Numbered from the stretch's first letter, positions 37,990-50,955 are shown. The stretch is 64,000 bases of DNA from Botryllus schlosseri (GCA_051294905.1 CM119371.1:38566001-38630000), one strand, 5' to 3'. Program-made: numbers and translations. The notes: generated by a model from the letters alone, not told the origin.

Positions 37990-40900
37990 CGAGAAATGGC
38001 TATGTCTTTGGTGTTATCTTGTGAGCGATCGTGGGATTTGTAACCTATTTCACACGTTTTTGAAGTGTTGGTTTGTGAACGCGGCTATTGTTGATATTCG
38101 AATCGCCGTCTACGCCGGCTCTGTGGCAAACTTATTATCAAAATATTACTTGTGCATAATTCCTACCTTTGTAACATCAAACAATGAGAGATGGCTATTC
38201 TGATGTGTTATCTTGCAAGCGCTTGTAGAGAATATTTCACACCTTTTTGGGGTGTTAGTTTGTGAACGCGGCTATTGTTGGTATTCGAGTCACCGTCTAC
38301 GCCGGCTCCGTGATAAACTAATTACCAAGCGACTGATTCCTAGATTTAGCAAACTATTTCACACCCTTTTTGGTGAAAGTACGACATGCCGCTAGCATTC
38401 TATCAACGAACGTACGAATCATCGCCGCGCCCATAAGAATACCGATATATCGAAGTCGCATTCACCGCAAACGTTGGGATTAACTCGAATCGGACATATA
38501 TAATAATTTGAGGTATACACATTAACTAAGAGTCAATCACGTGACTATTTACCATACCTGATACTTCTTCAACACCGGTCGTGAGATGTATATACCCGAA
38601 AGTGCGATTCATGACCGCACCCATAAGAACATGTAGCGAATCACCAGAGACTCGAAAGTACGAATTACCACCACGGCACCGATCGAGAGATGCATATACC
38701 GAAAAGGGTCACCGGTTCAAGACGAGTTTCCAGGCACCGATCGAGAGATCCCTATACCGAAAAGGGTTACCGGTCGAGAGATGGCTATACTTGCACCGGT
38801 TGAGTGATCCTATACCGAAAAGGGTCACCGGTTCAAGACGAGTTTCGAGGCACCGGTCGAGAGATCCCTATACTCATAAGGCACCGGTCATGTGGAAGGG
38901 GGGTCTGAAAGGGTCACCGGTTCAGGACGAGTTTTCGCGGCACCGGTCGGGTGCACCCATAAGACACAATGGCGCATCACGACCGATCTATATAACTACT
39001 ACCGATATTACCTCATTAAGAAGTCATACAACAGTATCCAACTCCCCACTCGTACGGATTTGGTTTTAATGATGCAGTAAAGATATGGAGTCAAGATTGA
39101 ACCCGTACGCCTTCTCGAATTCTTACATCAGAAAACGATGTCAATCTTATTGATTGGTTGAATAAGCATCCTTCGCTAACTCCGTATTTCGCTTGTGATG
39201 TTGTATGATTGCGGCTCAAGCTCGCAGCAGAGAGTCACTGAATATTCAGAAATGGAAAGCTGGAAATTTTGAGCAAACTTTTGTAACAAAGCAAGTAAAA
39301 CTTTTGAGAATGTCAAGGTGCATGCTCGTTTGGTGTTGATTTCTAATGCTGCCAGGCCATGCATAGAGTGGGCCGCAGTTGAAATGCAATAAATTTGAAC
39401 CAAAGATGTTATAATGAAGTGAAAATTGCAATATATGAAAAAGCTTCACAGTGCAAAACCTACAAAGCCTGTGAATGTTCTAAATTTCCGAGGTTCAAAT
39501 ACAGAACACGAACGTGAACGTAATAACTTCTGTGGGCTGTCTCGTTTGACACTCGAGCAATAGTCAGCTAACATATGTGAGCTCCAATGTACTCTAATAT
39601 CATACCCCCATAATCTTCAAATATTGAGGGGTGCTTTCTCCTGGCCCATCGATGACTATGCAAAGGGTTTCCGGAAAATTAGTAAGATATTTAGGCTTTT
39701 CTGAATGTCTGCAGTCCGACATGAACATATGGCAATGGCACATGCGTATGAGGGTTAGATTTGTATTGTCTGACCACTGAGGAAACACAAGATTTCAAAG
39801 CTGACATATATGATCCAATCGCAATCAGGTCTGTGATATTGCTAATATCAATGTTTCTGTATTATTCTCAATGTTTCTGTATTATTCACGAAGACTAGCT
39901 TAGTATGCAATTGTTACTGTACTTAAGACGCTGCCATTTCAGAGATGCCATACTTTCGGATCCTTGTAGATATACCAATAGACATTTGCCATTCACTTGA
40001 GTTGTATATCGGGATTTCTATCTACTCCAGCAACCCATGGTAGTAGTAATGCCAGTATCACGGCAATAAACAAATCTACCGAAAGTAGCCCTACGATGAA
40101 AACGCCGTTTCTCGTGATCGAAAGTGAGATATCTTAGCTCTTTTTCCAAGTATAATCTTTTCTCAATTCGCAAGAAAGCGATAATTTCCGAATATTTCTC
40201 TCTGTCAGATCATTTAACGTTGATTGATGGACTACTCTACTTTCTGAATCATCTTCGATTTCAAAAGTTAACAATTTATTCGCTCAAAATTGTTGCCCAG
40301 TGCAATTGCACATTTATAAGTCCAATGTATTTTTTCATATTGGGGAAAACACGGAGCCTCCAAGGCAATTAGGGGTCTACGTCGGAGATAGTATGCGATT
40401 TTATATCGAGTATCAGGCTTCGAATCTAGCATTCAAGTATCATTCATTATGACGTCACAACAGTATGAATGATGTGGAAAGTTAAATAGGCTATGTAACA
40501 TTTAGGCGACCACAAGACAAGCATATAAGGCTTAACCAAATTTACTTTTGAATGCCATTTACATGAGCACCTGTATATTTTCAATAAGTTACTATTCACT
40601 TGCGAGAGGATTTTGGGAGTGCTGAAAAGGAGATAACATGATATCATAATATTACAATGTATTCTGAAAATTACAGTCGCAGACCTCGTTTAGATTTCGT
40701 GAAATCTACATAGGACCGACGACCGACTATGAATATAGATATGGACCGGGGCCTACGAAATTCACGGCCTTATCTGGTACATTACGCTTGCAAAAGCTAA
40801 CAGGCCGATGCTCAAAAAACAGAAGTTGGCGATTATGCGCAATTTCGCGTCTCACTGCGAGACGCTTCACCTTAGATAAGCTGAATGTATTCGTAGAACA

Positions 40901-43030
40901 GGTCAAATTATTACCTTACCGTCACAAAGTGACAGGAGACAGCCCTGCAGATGCAGTTATCCACCGATTGCAGAATTAGGCCAAGTAGTGAGAAAACGCC
41001 GACTTGCTCATGCAAACCATTTTATTGCATGGTAAAATCAATTCAAGCACGTGAAGAAGAATTGGTGCACAACTGTGAAAAGTACTTTATTTGAAAATTA
41101 TCTCGCCATCCTTTTATAGTGGCCATTCAAAATAAGTGGAATAATTTCCATAAGCTAATTCTTGTCAAATCTTTTTTTCGTTAGCCGGTGATGTCTTCAT
41201 CCAAACTCCTCCACAGGCCCGTGTCAAGATGGAAAGGAGCGGAAAAGACATTCCCGTCTTTTTAGTCATACCTGGAATACGACTTTTCGTCATGTCAGGG
41301 TGACGTAATTTGCTACCGCAAATGCTATTATTCAAAAATTGTCAAAATATCAATTTGGCAGAGATCGGCATGTAATGGTTGGAATCGGGTGGAATTCAGT
41401 GTACATCTTTTTTATGCAACCTGACGATTTAGTGACGTAGCAAGCCAGACAGCTTTTGTTCACAATGATAGAACAAATTTCTTATGTTATATCTCATGCA
41501 ACTAAATAGATTCGTCATCTGTTGTGGTTGCAATTTCAAATTTTAGGGAAACCATTGAAGAAATCTGAGACACGGTGTCGATCGCACTATCGATTTTGAT
41601 GTTGTATTACCCGTTGCATTCTGAGCCGCACATTACAGGCGCGAGCAACAGAGAAAGATGATGCAGCCTATTAAGAAATACCTAGCTGTAATTTGCTTCT
41701 AATATCCTCCGACTATACCCACAATAACTGACAGGAGGTCAAGAAATGATAGCATGCAACAATATGATTGGCCCACCGGAAGATGCATCATCATCTATAA
41801 CTTAACTTTCGGAGAAACCCCCTCCGTCCAGTCTACCGGGAAATCTGATCCGATAGGGCATAAACTGAGAAATTAGAAATAATATTTGATGGTTATATGT
41901 GCAACTACTTAAATTGATGACGAAATTTATTAATGAAATGCAATAATCTAGTGCGGAAATATTAATTCACTACGGCTGGTGCGAGACAAAGTGGCGATCA
42001 GTGGGGCGTTGTAAGTCAAACAAGATTTTACAAATGCCGCACAACGAAAAAAGTTAGGGATACGCTTCCATTTTCCATTAAATTTATTTGAATTATTGCG
42101 CGTTGGAAAAAGTAATAAATATGAACGATTTTCATCCGCACTCCGTTTGTCATACGCACTTTGTTTTTTCATGGCACACGTGCCTACCATCCGGCAGATT
42201 GAAAAGCACTGGATTGTATCATATTCCATCCACCACTAATAAGGGCGTTGTATTGCACAGATAAGGCAAGAGTTAGTTTTATTGTGTAAGTTGTCAGTTA
42301 GAAGCTATTCTGCTAAGTAGACAGCTTGCGCTAATAAATCCTAACGAACGCGATAATCCACTTCCTTGCTGAACCAACCATATTATCTTCGCAATCGCCA
42401 TTATTAGACATCGCCTATTATACTTGTTACTTTTTGTTCCCGAGACGAAGTGATTGAAATCTGTCCGTGCGCGTGTTGGACAATATGGTGCATATTGACG
42501 GGATATCACGAACGCGCTAATAGGCTGCTGTTGGACTCGCCAGCAATGATATGGTAGCGTGTGATAGGAGGCCCACTGGCTACGCGCCTGCATAATCGTT
42601 TCGAAGTCCATCTACAAGCGATAGGTAATTGGTGATATTGGACAGTTGTGAGTCGGCTCATTTGTCACGTGATCGATCCTACATACCAATGCAAATTTAG
42701 AGATCTGAGCATATGGTTTCAAGTATATAATTATAATTCATCCGACTAAGAACACCATAAGATTGCGATAAAATGAGATGGTAGGAAGGCGAGAGAGCGA
42801 GCCACCTTGTGGCGAGATAGCGCAGTGGAATAATCCGCGGATGCAACACCATGGGTTGCGGTCGACTTCAAGATTCCTATACGTGAGTGTTGGAGGTTTA
42901 TATAGGATCCTCCTCGCCACCTCATCCGCGTAGGCGGTATCTTACAAAAAGCCCAGAAGTGTGCCGTGCTATAAGTCAGCAGCTACGGAATAAAAATGAA
43001 GAATATCGGCCTGGTGAAATGACCATAGTA

Positions 43031-45147
43031 CACTGAAAAAAAAATTTACCTCGATTTACCGCGAAATGTCTGGAAGCAGGGTGGCCAGCCACTTGGCAGT
43101 AATATAACATTACCGTCACTCAATGTAAATTCAACTTACAACCGTCCGGTAATCTAACTTTACATGCCAGACTGTAATGTTACAGGCACCTCTGGTATAT
43201 TCAATCTACATTTCCTTCTGTGTACATTTACCACCGAGACTGTAATTTTACCGCCTTACCTACCTACCTACCTACCTACGTACAACCCTACATGCTGTCC
43301 TTGTAAATCAGATTACATTCCAGCTTGTAAATTTACGTCTCAGCCTACATCCATACCTATCCCAAAGCAACGCGATGCTAAAATACCGCAAAAGTTTCTT
43401 CACGCTCTCAAGACGACATTAGGACAACTGTATATTCATTCATGATTCACGATGAAAAAGTATTGCTGCTGGAGGTATAATTCTTGTTTAGGAGGCATGC
43501 AAATATAGCACGAGTGGTCCCAAGAAAAGGTGAATTAATTCCAACGCCGGATAAACTTCCAATTGTTTCTTTTTCCCGTCTTCATTCCATGTGACTAGTA
43601 TCTTGCAGTTCCACTAAAAATAATTCATGCGTAAGTCGCTATACTAAGCCAAGTTGCTAACCTAGACATGACTTATAAAGACTAAGACAAATAGGCTAAC
43701 AAAAATATAACAAGTTTTGAAGTACCGGTCCTGGTACATTGTGAGTTGACGACTCCTCATTTAACATGATATAGCAGAGATTCATGACTTAAATGATCAA
43801 TGTATTGAAAGAAAAGGTGCCTCATTTGATGCGGCATGTGAGCCAAACATATCGAGCAGTGGATGAAAACATATCTAAGCTATGACCCGATAAATGTCAA
43901 TAACAAGCTAACAGCTTCAACTACTCCGCGGCAGAGTATGTGGTGTCGCAGGTCATTATACAAGTCGACTAATATCCCAAAATAGAACTGAGAATGGGGC
44001 GACTGAAATATTTAAATCATGAAACCAAAGTCATCCGGGTGGTGTGCACACTGCACAGTCGTAGATATTCACGGTAACTAATACTATACAGTAGGCTATT
44101 GTACCTTTTACGATGCGCATCCCATTCATCAGTCCTGAGAATCTTCAACGAAAGTCTCTACTTTCTTCAATCACAAGTCACAAGCTTCGCACTGTCAGCC
44201 TTTGCATGGCCAAAGCTCAATTTTAATGGCCGACCAGTCGGCTACTCGGCTCAACACGCAGACGACTTTGAAATAAGTGATATTCATCCGCTCACATATG
44301 CCACCAATAATATTTACTATCCACATTATAATGTTCAATTCAGGTTGGTTTTTCATACAGAAACATCTATCAACACCTATAGTCCCTTTCTTTTGCATCT
44401 AATTTCGTATATATTGATATTTATTGCTCTACGTGTGGTTCCCTACTTACTTACCTAACCGGACGCTATTTGTGATGTCACAGTTGACTGTTGGTTGTTT
44501 ACTACGAATCTCAGAATAACCTGCAACGCGCAACCTAAGGTAACCTATTATAGGTCGCCGTGTCCGCCATTAAGAAATGGTCAACTGAGCCTGCTGCTGT
44601 GCTGATATTTCTAGTTTCAGGAATAAGATTATATATCCTAAACTGATATTTGTAACTCATTAGCCCTATCTGTTACAATACAACAAATCTAACCGCCGAG
44701 ACCGACCGTGTAGCCATAGCCTTATAATATAATGTATATGGTGTAACTGCATTGTCCGCTGCTTCTTGCACCCAACTATGCACTATGCCGAAATTGGTAC
44801 TAGGGTCAACCAGTTCCGTGTGACCTAATCCTGTCTCGCGAACGAGGTTGAATCAGGTCAAATCGCAACGAGAATGATATCACAGTGACATGCACTTCCA
44901 CGTATCCACTGGTTGCTGGGGCTTGGAAGCTAATCAATTTTGCCAATAGCTTGGTAACATGCCGTAGCGAGTAACTGTCAGTAACCTTGCGAAGAAATTC
45001 TGGTAACTTGACTTAGCAGCTAAATTATTGTAATATTACATATCAAAATGTAAAATCACAAACTACACGCTGCTATTAGCTGCGACCGGTAATTCGTTGT
45101 AAAATTTACAGAAATTTCTTTGTAAATCTACCAGATTTTTTTGTGTG
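43031..45147. mobile_element. EnSpm/CACTA(CMC)-like non-autonomous DNA transposon
   Basis: CACTGAAAAAAA ... TTTTTTTGTGTG flanked by TA on both sides; TGTAAATT-type subterminal repeats; absent at the paralogous site (about 55550-55575). Confidence 0.65.
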
Positions 45148-45387
45148 TAGTAGAAAAGCACCTTGAATACCTCAAAACAAAAGAATAAATCAAACCCTCA
45201 CTAGAATATGGTAATATGAGGCACGCACTCTCAGTGATTAGTAGCAGCAAATAATCAAATAATCTGTAAGCCGCAAGCTATTCAAATGAAGCGACATGTG
45301 ACGGTTGGCAAAATGCATATGCCACACCGAGATGCCGCATGACATATGACCTACTTTGCGAGATAGTTCACAAAATGTACCTATTCG

Positions 45388-45635
45388 ATGATTGCGTTAC
45401 TCGCGTGTTTGATCGTGTTCGCATATGCGGTTGTGGTTGATGATAGAGTATCTATAGAACGATAACAAATTCTTGGAAAAGATCATTTAAAGATAACTTA
45501 TCTAGTGCATGATTGCGTTAGCTCGCGTGTTTGATCGTGTTCGGATATGCGAATGTGGTTGATGATAGAGTATCTATAGAACGATAACAAATTCTTGGAA
45601 AAGAGCATTTAAAGATAACTTATCTAGTGCATGAT
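45388..45635 (+). promoter_or_regulatory. 121-bp tandem duplication with GATA motifs upstream of the protease-homologue gene
   Basis: Two units starting at 45388 and 45509, each with TGATAG, CGATAA, AGATAA and TTATCT; TATAAG at 45646; ATG at 45714. The regulatory role is inferred. Confidence 0.5.
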
Positions 45636-45713
45636 AAAAACTTCTTATAAGTGAGCATTCTCGAAGCGCTCATCATATACCATTCTACAATCCTATCCGA
45701 AACCTTCGAAGAT

Positions 45714-48700
45714 ATGTTCGCGATAATCGTCTTAGTCTTTGCAGCCCTCTCAGGTAAGAATTCAGCGAAATTGTTAACTAAATTTCATCACGTCTCTTAA
45801 TCGTTGCAGTTGCCGAGGGTGCGAACACCAGAATCTATAACGGAGCGTATGCTAGCAAAGGGCAATTTCCATCGATGGCTTATGTGTCTTACAGAAATAA
45901 CTTCAAATGCGGATGCGTCATGATTCGAACAACAAGCAAATTCGCCTACGCAAAAGCGATTACGTCCAAATCCTGCGTCGATTCGTAGTAATTACACTTT
46001 TTCTTCATATTTATGCTTGGAAACTTAACTTGCGTCTTTACGACAGTGGAATGGTTTGCTGCTAGTCTTTCTCAATTTTCAGAGTTGTGGAAAGGGGGGA
46101 AGGAAAAATGACTATGTAACTCAGCTATAAATTTTAGCATTATGGATATTCATGATAACATGTGCAGTCAATTAGACTGATAAGATCCCTATTTGAGGTC
46201 TTCCTAAAATTGCTACGGAAGAACTGTATAATGTGAAATGAGCCAGGTTTGATGTAGGCCTTCAATGTGTACTGTAGGTTACATATATTGCCATTCTTCT
46301 GCTCATGAAAATGACTTCCAATTTGATTTTTGTTTTAGTCCATCCTAATTTGAAATTTATTATGATCATTATTTAATTCCTATGTTCAAATCTGAGTAGA
46401 AAAAGCTGACAAATTTATAACTGTTGAACTTGGAGTTGGAGACGGGGCGTGAGATGCCGGATGTCGAAGCAGGACTGTGGCCTATGTGGAGTTGAATTCA
46501 CCAAAATACGGTACCACTCTCTTCAGTATAGGTAAAGTGGTTCTCAACCTTTTTCACCTAGCGGATCGGTAAATTAAAAAAATTGTTGGACCGATGGACC
46601 ATCGAAAATTGAAATCAAACCAAAATGTCACGTATAAAACCATTTTTTGCATGTCAATAGAGTGAGTTGTTAGAGTTTTGTTCGTAATTAAATATTACAA
46701 TCTTTCGCTCCCGTCGATTAATAGACTACGGCACTGCGCCAACTCGAATAATATTCGTCTCTTCCACAAAATTTTACGAAGAAGCGTTTCGAAGTGGGAC
46801 CAGGCACCTTGACGTGCTACCTTGCTCATTTTTCACTACCATCAGTCGAACTATGTATGCAATACGCTACACGAAAACACCTGGAAACAGCGATACGGTT
46901 TATCAACAACAAAATGAATCATTCGACAACGAATGATCGTGTGCAAACTCCGCGGTTAAGCGAGTCAGCTCGCACTTGTCGCCCGCAGGTCGTCACCTGA
47001 AATGGCTTGAACTTCAAGTTGAATTGAGGCGGGGAATTAGTTTTTTAGGCATGCGAAATAAGAACCAAAATAAGTTGGCGGGTCAGGCCAAGAGATTGAA
47101 CTATATTCCGTAAACGATTTTATTTCTGAATAGGGACCAAAGAATTACATTGTTAGCTATAGTGGATGTGTTAAATTTTGGCTATGAGAAAGTGTGGGTT
47201 GATTTTTAAAAAATATAATGATCCATTCAGTGACAATATTCAAAGCAATGCCAAGCACGAAACACTTTTCACTTACTTAAATAACATTTTTCCATACCCT
47301 TTTGATACGGATTCGTCAAAAAGTACTTGGGATAATATAACGCTGGCCAGGGTCCCGCGTCTATTTGTATTTTTACCACGCCTTTTCATTGTTGCTGGGT
47401 GTCCGCTGCTCACGTGCACTGATTGACATGTTTCACGGATTATGGACTGGAAACGCATGACATAACAATTTAAATTACAGACCGGTGATTCGAAATGCAA
47501 AAATGGCAACAAAAACTATCTGGAAACCGTTGGTTTTAACTTTAATTGTCTTGGTATACTTCGATATATTTCCTGTATTTTGAATATAGATTATACGACC
47601 TTTACGTGGACTGCGTAATCACTGTACTGATGAACGAACAGACTTCAAAGAAAACGTGTTTCCCGTTCAGTTTATGCAGTCTTTGGTTTTAGTTCACATA
47701 ATACGATTCGAAAATAGGTTTTATGTTCTAAATTACAGTCTACTTTTAGCAGACCAGCCAGAATCACGTTGCGGGCGGAAGTTGGCCCGTGGGTCACACT
47801 TTGCCCAGGTCTGAGTTAAATCCAACATGCATTCAGGCCTAATGTTACATCATGAAGTTCTGAATATATTTGATTTTAATGTTTCATTGAAAAGCCATCA
47901 ATATTTTTCAACTTGAAATTAAAGTATATTTTTAAATACCCGGCGTACAGGCGGTTGTGAACCACTGTCATAGCCTACTGGCTGGTCCCGGTTGGAGTTT
48001 ATAATGCTCCGACTCCGTCCCCGTCTTTAACCACAATAAAGTTCGAAAGAAATGTTCTCATTAGAATAAAAAGTGTCGTTGCAAATACAGAAGTTACCAC
48101 GTTTTTTTTGTGGGTGGCACCTTCAAAAGCTTACATTTTGATTTGGACAACCATCTATTTCAAATTAGACAATTAGTTCAATTCATTCGGTAGTGATATT
48201 TGAAAATTTACGGAAAAAAGAAGCCAGAGTTCAATGAACAATCTACTGGGATTAGAACTAGTTGCAATTAAAGTCTCTGAATTCCATGTCCGAAAGATTT
48301 TGGTGCTTTGAAAATGTTTGAAGTCGGTGGCGTCAAAGTGAATCGACTCAGCAGACTGGTGCGAAGCGCATTCTTTCGGTTCTTGACAGTGACATTATTT
48401 TTACCTTTTAGTAGATCGCATAGTCACAATAGGCTCATGACGTCATAACCATATTGAAATGTTTCCAACTGTGCCTTTCAAATTTTCAGTAACTCAATCG
48501 AAAGATCGCAGTGGAAGGTGTTTGCAGGTTCCGTAGCTCGCGATGGAGTTAGCGGAACAGAATATATGGTGGAGAGACCTCCTGCAGTGAACAGAGATCT
48601 TGCAATATTGACGCTAGAAGTGAGTACCATAATCCAGTGTACCTTGGTGAGTTATTTAAATCACTGATATTTAAAAAAAAGGTAATCAACACATGTTTCA

Positions 48701-49951
48701 GGTAGACAAAGTAAGAGTGTTTTGGAGGGGGGTCTGACGGGCACTGATTCCTAATATTGCCCTCGTTCGTTTCCAAATAATTAACTGCGGTTAAACTTAT
48801 CGGGCTATTTTAACTAAAATTTCATATTCTCGTTATATGAGCTAGATCAGGGGACAGCCTTTGTTGCAATTGACGACCGCATTTCGATTACTAAGGTACC
48901 ATACGTCTACATTCCATGGCATAATCGTAATGAACTAAGTGGATGCCAAATACCCATGTTAATCTGTCCATGGCCATTTCCGTGGAACTCCTGATTAATC
49001 TGCTTTTTCATAATCCGCTTTCTATAGGCACCGAAGTCGAGAGTGGTAATGTTATGAATAGTTGCTGGGACTGGTTAAGGTAGGGTGAAGCGGAAATTTC
49101 CTTCAGACTAACGAATGAACTTCGTCAATAATATTAGTAGTTTCACGTATTAATTTCAAATATGTATCCCTTCTCAGCCCATGTGATCATAGTCACCGGT
49201 AGATTCGATGGAGGAATCGTGTTTGAAAATTTAGGGCAATTTATAAATGATAATGTATGTATCTTCGGGTAGCCAATTGTTCTTAGTCATTTTGCTGCAT
49301 GCTGCTACTTCTTGACCTCACAGCAGGATGGTCCCTAGAAGGCAACGTGCCCATATTAACATTTCGGCTTATCGTATAAGCTTGACTACTTGATTACTTC
49401 CCAGTTCTATCCATATCACGTAGTCTATAGCAGCAACATAGTCTTTAATCAACCCCTTCTACAGATCGCAGTAGAGCATGACGAGCGGCCTATTGAATCT
49501 GCGATCATCGGAGATAATGTGGTTAACCTAGACACCGCTACTATCGCTGGTTGGGGATATTCGACTAGCTCAGAGTCAGCGTACTCCGCTACCCTGAGAT
49601 ACGGGAGCGTGCCGCTAAGGGAATCATACGACTGTGGAATTGGGGCAGATGAAGCAAACTTGTGTGCAGGAAGTCAAATGGCAGAAGTGAATGTGTGCAT
49701 GGTAAGTCCGGTGTTGTGCTTGAAGCCTGCACAAAGCGAGTAGGCGACATTTCTCATATTCGAACTTTGTTTACGGTATGCAGGGTGATCAAGGTGGTCC
49801 ACTTTACGACGGATATGCCAGCACCCACAAACTTCTCGGAATTGCCATAGGAATACCTGATGATTGCAGTACGGGATCTCCAGCAATTTACGCCGACGTA
49901 ACGAACGACCAATCGTATTATGAGTGGATACAATATCACATAACCATTTGA
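45714..49951 (+). CDS. Secreted trypsin-fold (S1A) serine protease homologue, predicted catalytically inactive, 249 aa
   Basis: Exons 45714-45753, 45810-45984, 48490-48619, 49465-49701 and 49784-49951 (750 nt; phases 1,2,0,0; all GT-AG, with a weak exon 2 donor GTAGTA). Signal peptide MFAIIVLVFAALSVAEG, R|IYNG activation-like site, GQFPSMA, FKCGC, TSKSC (for TAAHC), DLAILTL, AGWG, LCAG, GDQGGPL (for GDSGGPL), PAIYADV..YYEWI. Confidence 0.88.
46535..47813. mobile_element. hAT-type element(s) in intron 2
   Basis: Left end AGTGGTTCTCAACCTTTT; right end GCGGGC..TTGCCCAGGTCTG similar to the right end of 18743-20053; may be composite. Confidence 0.45.
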
Positions 49952-50955
49952 TCGCGACTTGTGTTCTATTACGTTCTCTGTGCAATATATTCAGAAACGT
50001 ATGTAGTTGTCCTCGTTCAATAACTGTAAAGCGAACAGGGTAGTATGCTGCTGAAACGAGGAGGCCATTTATATTGTCTTGTTTTTGTGATAAGTGGCTG
50101 CTTTATTGTTAATCCTTTATTCAGAGACACGTCTTTATCGCAAACTCAAGTCGTGCTTAACGGAACATAAGCTGAGTCCAGCTCAATTCGCGAAAGCGTT
50201 TGGTATTCAATTAAGATTTCTAGCTTAACTCAGTTTTTAGTCTACTCTTTACCCTATAGATTTTAAAGCTGATAACTGCTCGGAAACGTCAGCGGTTTTG
50301 GTAATTGCAGAGGTGGTCAGTAACGAGGTATTGCTACTTTTTCGAAGTACTCAAGTAGTTTTCATCTACTTCCGGTACTTACTCAATTATATCTGAATTT
50401 CACGACTTCTACTTCATAACATTTTGTGATCTACTTACTAACTTTTTGCTATTTTCAGTTTGTCAAGTAGAAGTAGTTTAATCCTTCAATCAGTAAGAAG
50501 GCCTGAGAAATTTCGGGGCTGTTTTCACGGATTATCGACATTTAATTTTCATTAAAGTTGATTTAAGCCCAGTATTTTCGTCGCGCTTCACGCGCAGTGA
50601 CTGCGGAGTATCCAGTATGATTTCACGAAAATATCGGTGAATATAATTTAGGTAGCGGGTTGGCGTGGTTCCGTTCACACCGCATTGTCGCCGTTCGCCA
50701 TATCAAATACTTCATCACAGTATATATGGCTTATCATAACGTCTGAAACTGATGTTTCGCAATCTAGCAATTACTTATCATACCGTAATATAGCTGTCCA
50801 TGGCGTGTCCTAATCTGGGAAAGTGGATCTGACTTTTTTTCTTACTTTTACAGCTGTTTTAGCATACCAACCTTCGAAACTTTCTGGACTAAAGACACTA
50901 AATACATGTTCCGTTTTTTGATTAATATTTCACCTTCAATTCCCAGTACCATATT

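Larger units (their letters stand above)
28660..39000. mobile_element. Non-autonomous Polinton/Maverick-type element with ~4.1-kb inverted arms
   Basis: Starts AGTAGTTATATAGATCGG and ends CCGATCTATATAACTACT; perfect 6-bp TSD ACCGAT (28654-28659, 39001-39006). Arms are 28660-32730 and 34413-39000; mirrored ORFs translate identically. A 6-bp TSD with AG...CT ends and AGT repeats is the established Polinton signature. Confidence 0.85.
25938..45305. repeat. Left arm of an inverted segmental duplication (partner 55063-63735)
   Basis: 25938-27945 matches the reverse complement of about 59692-63735; 39179-43030 matches 55545-59690; 45148-45305 matches 55063-55190. Paired ORF translations, e.g. 41948-42229(-) vs 56392-56655(+), support this. 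Confidence 0.85.

Noticed and set aside
28660..39000. Mirror-image assembly artefact
   Set aside because: The exact TSD, Polinton-type termini and arm-specific indels argue for a real element, though read-level confirmation is still desirable.
38581..39069. Longest ORF (162 aa) and its mirror at 28645-28989
   Set aside because: It is a translation of subterminal repeats, runs across the element boundary and shows no recognisable domain.
46395..46531. Candidate exon 3 (TVELGVG...SRTVAYV)
   Set aside because: In-frame TGA; 48490-48619 fits the phase, splice sites and the Asp motif.
49028..49230. AG/GT-bounded candidate extra exons in intron 3
   Set aside because: Phases are incompatible with the phase-0 intron and the protein is complete without them.
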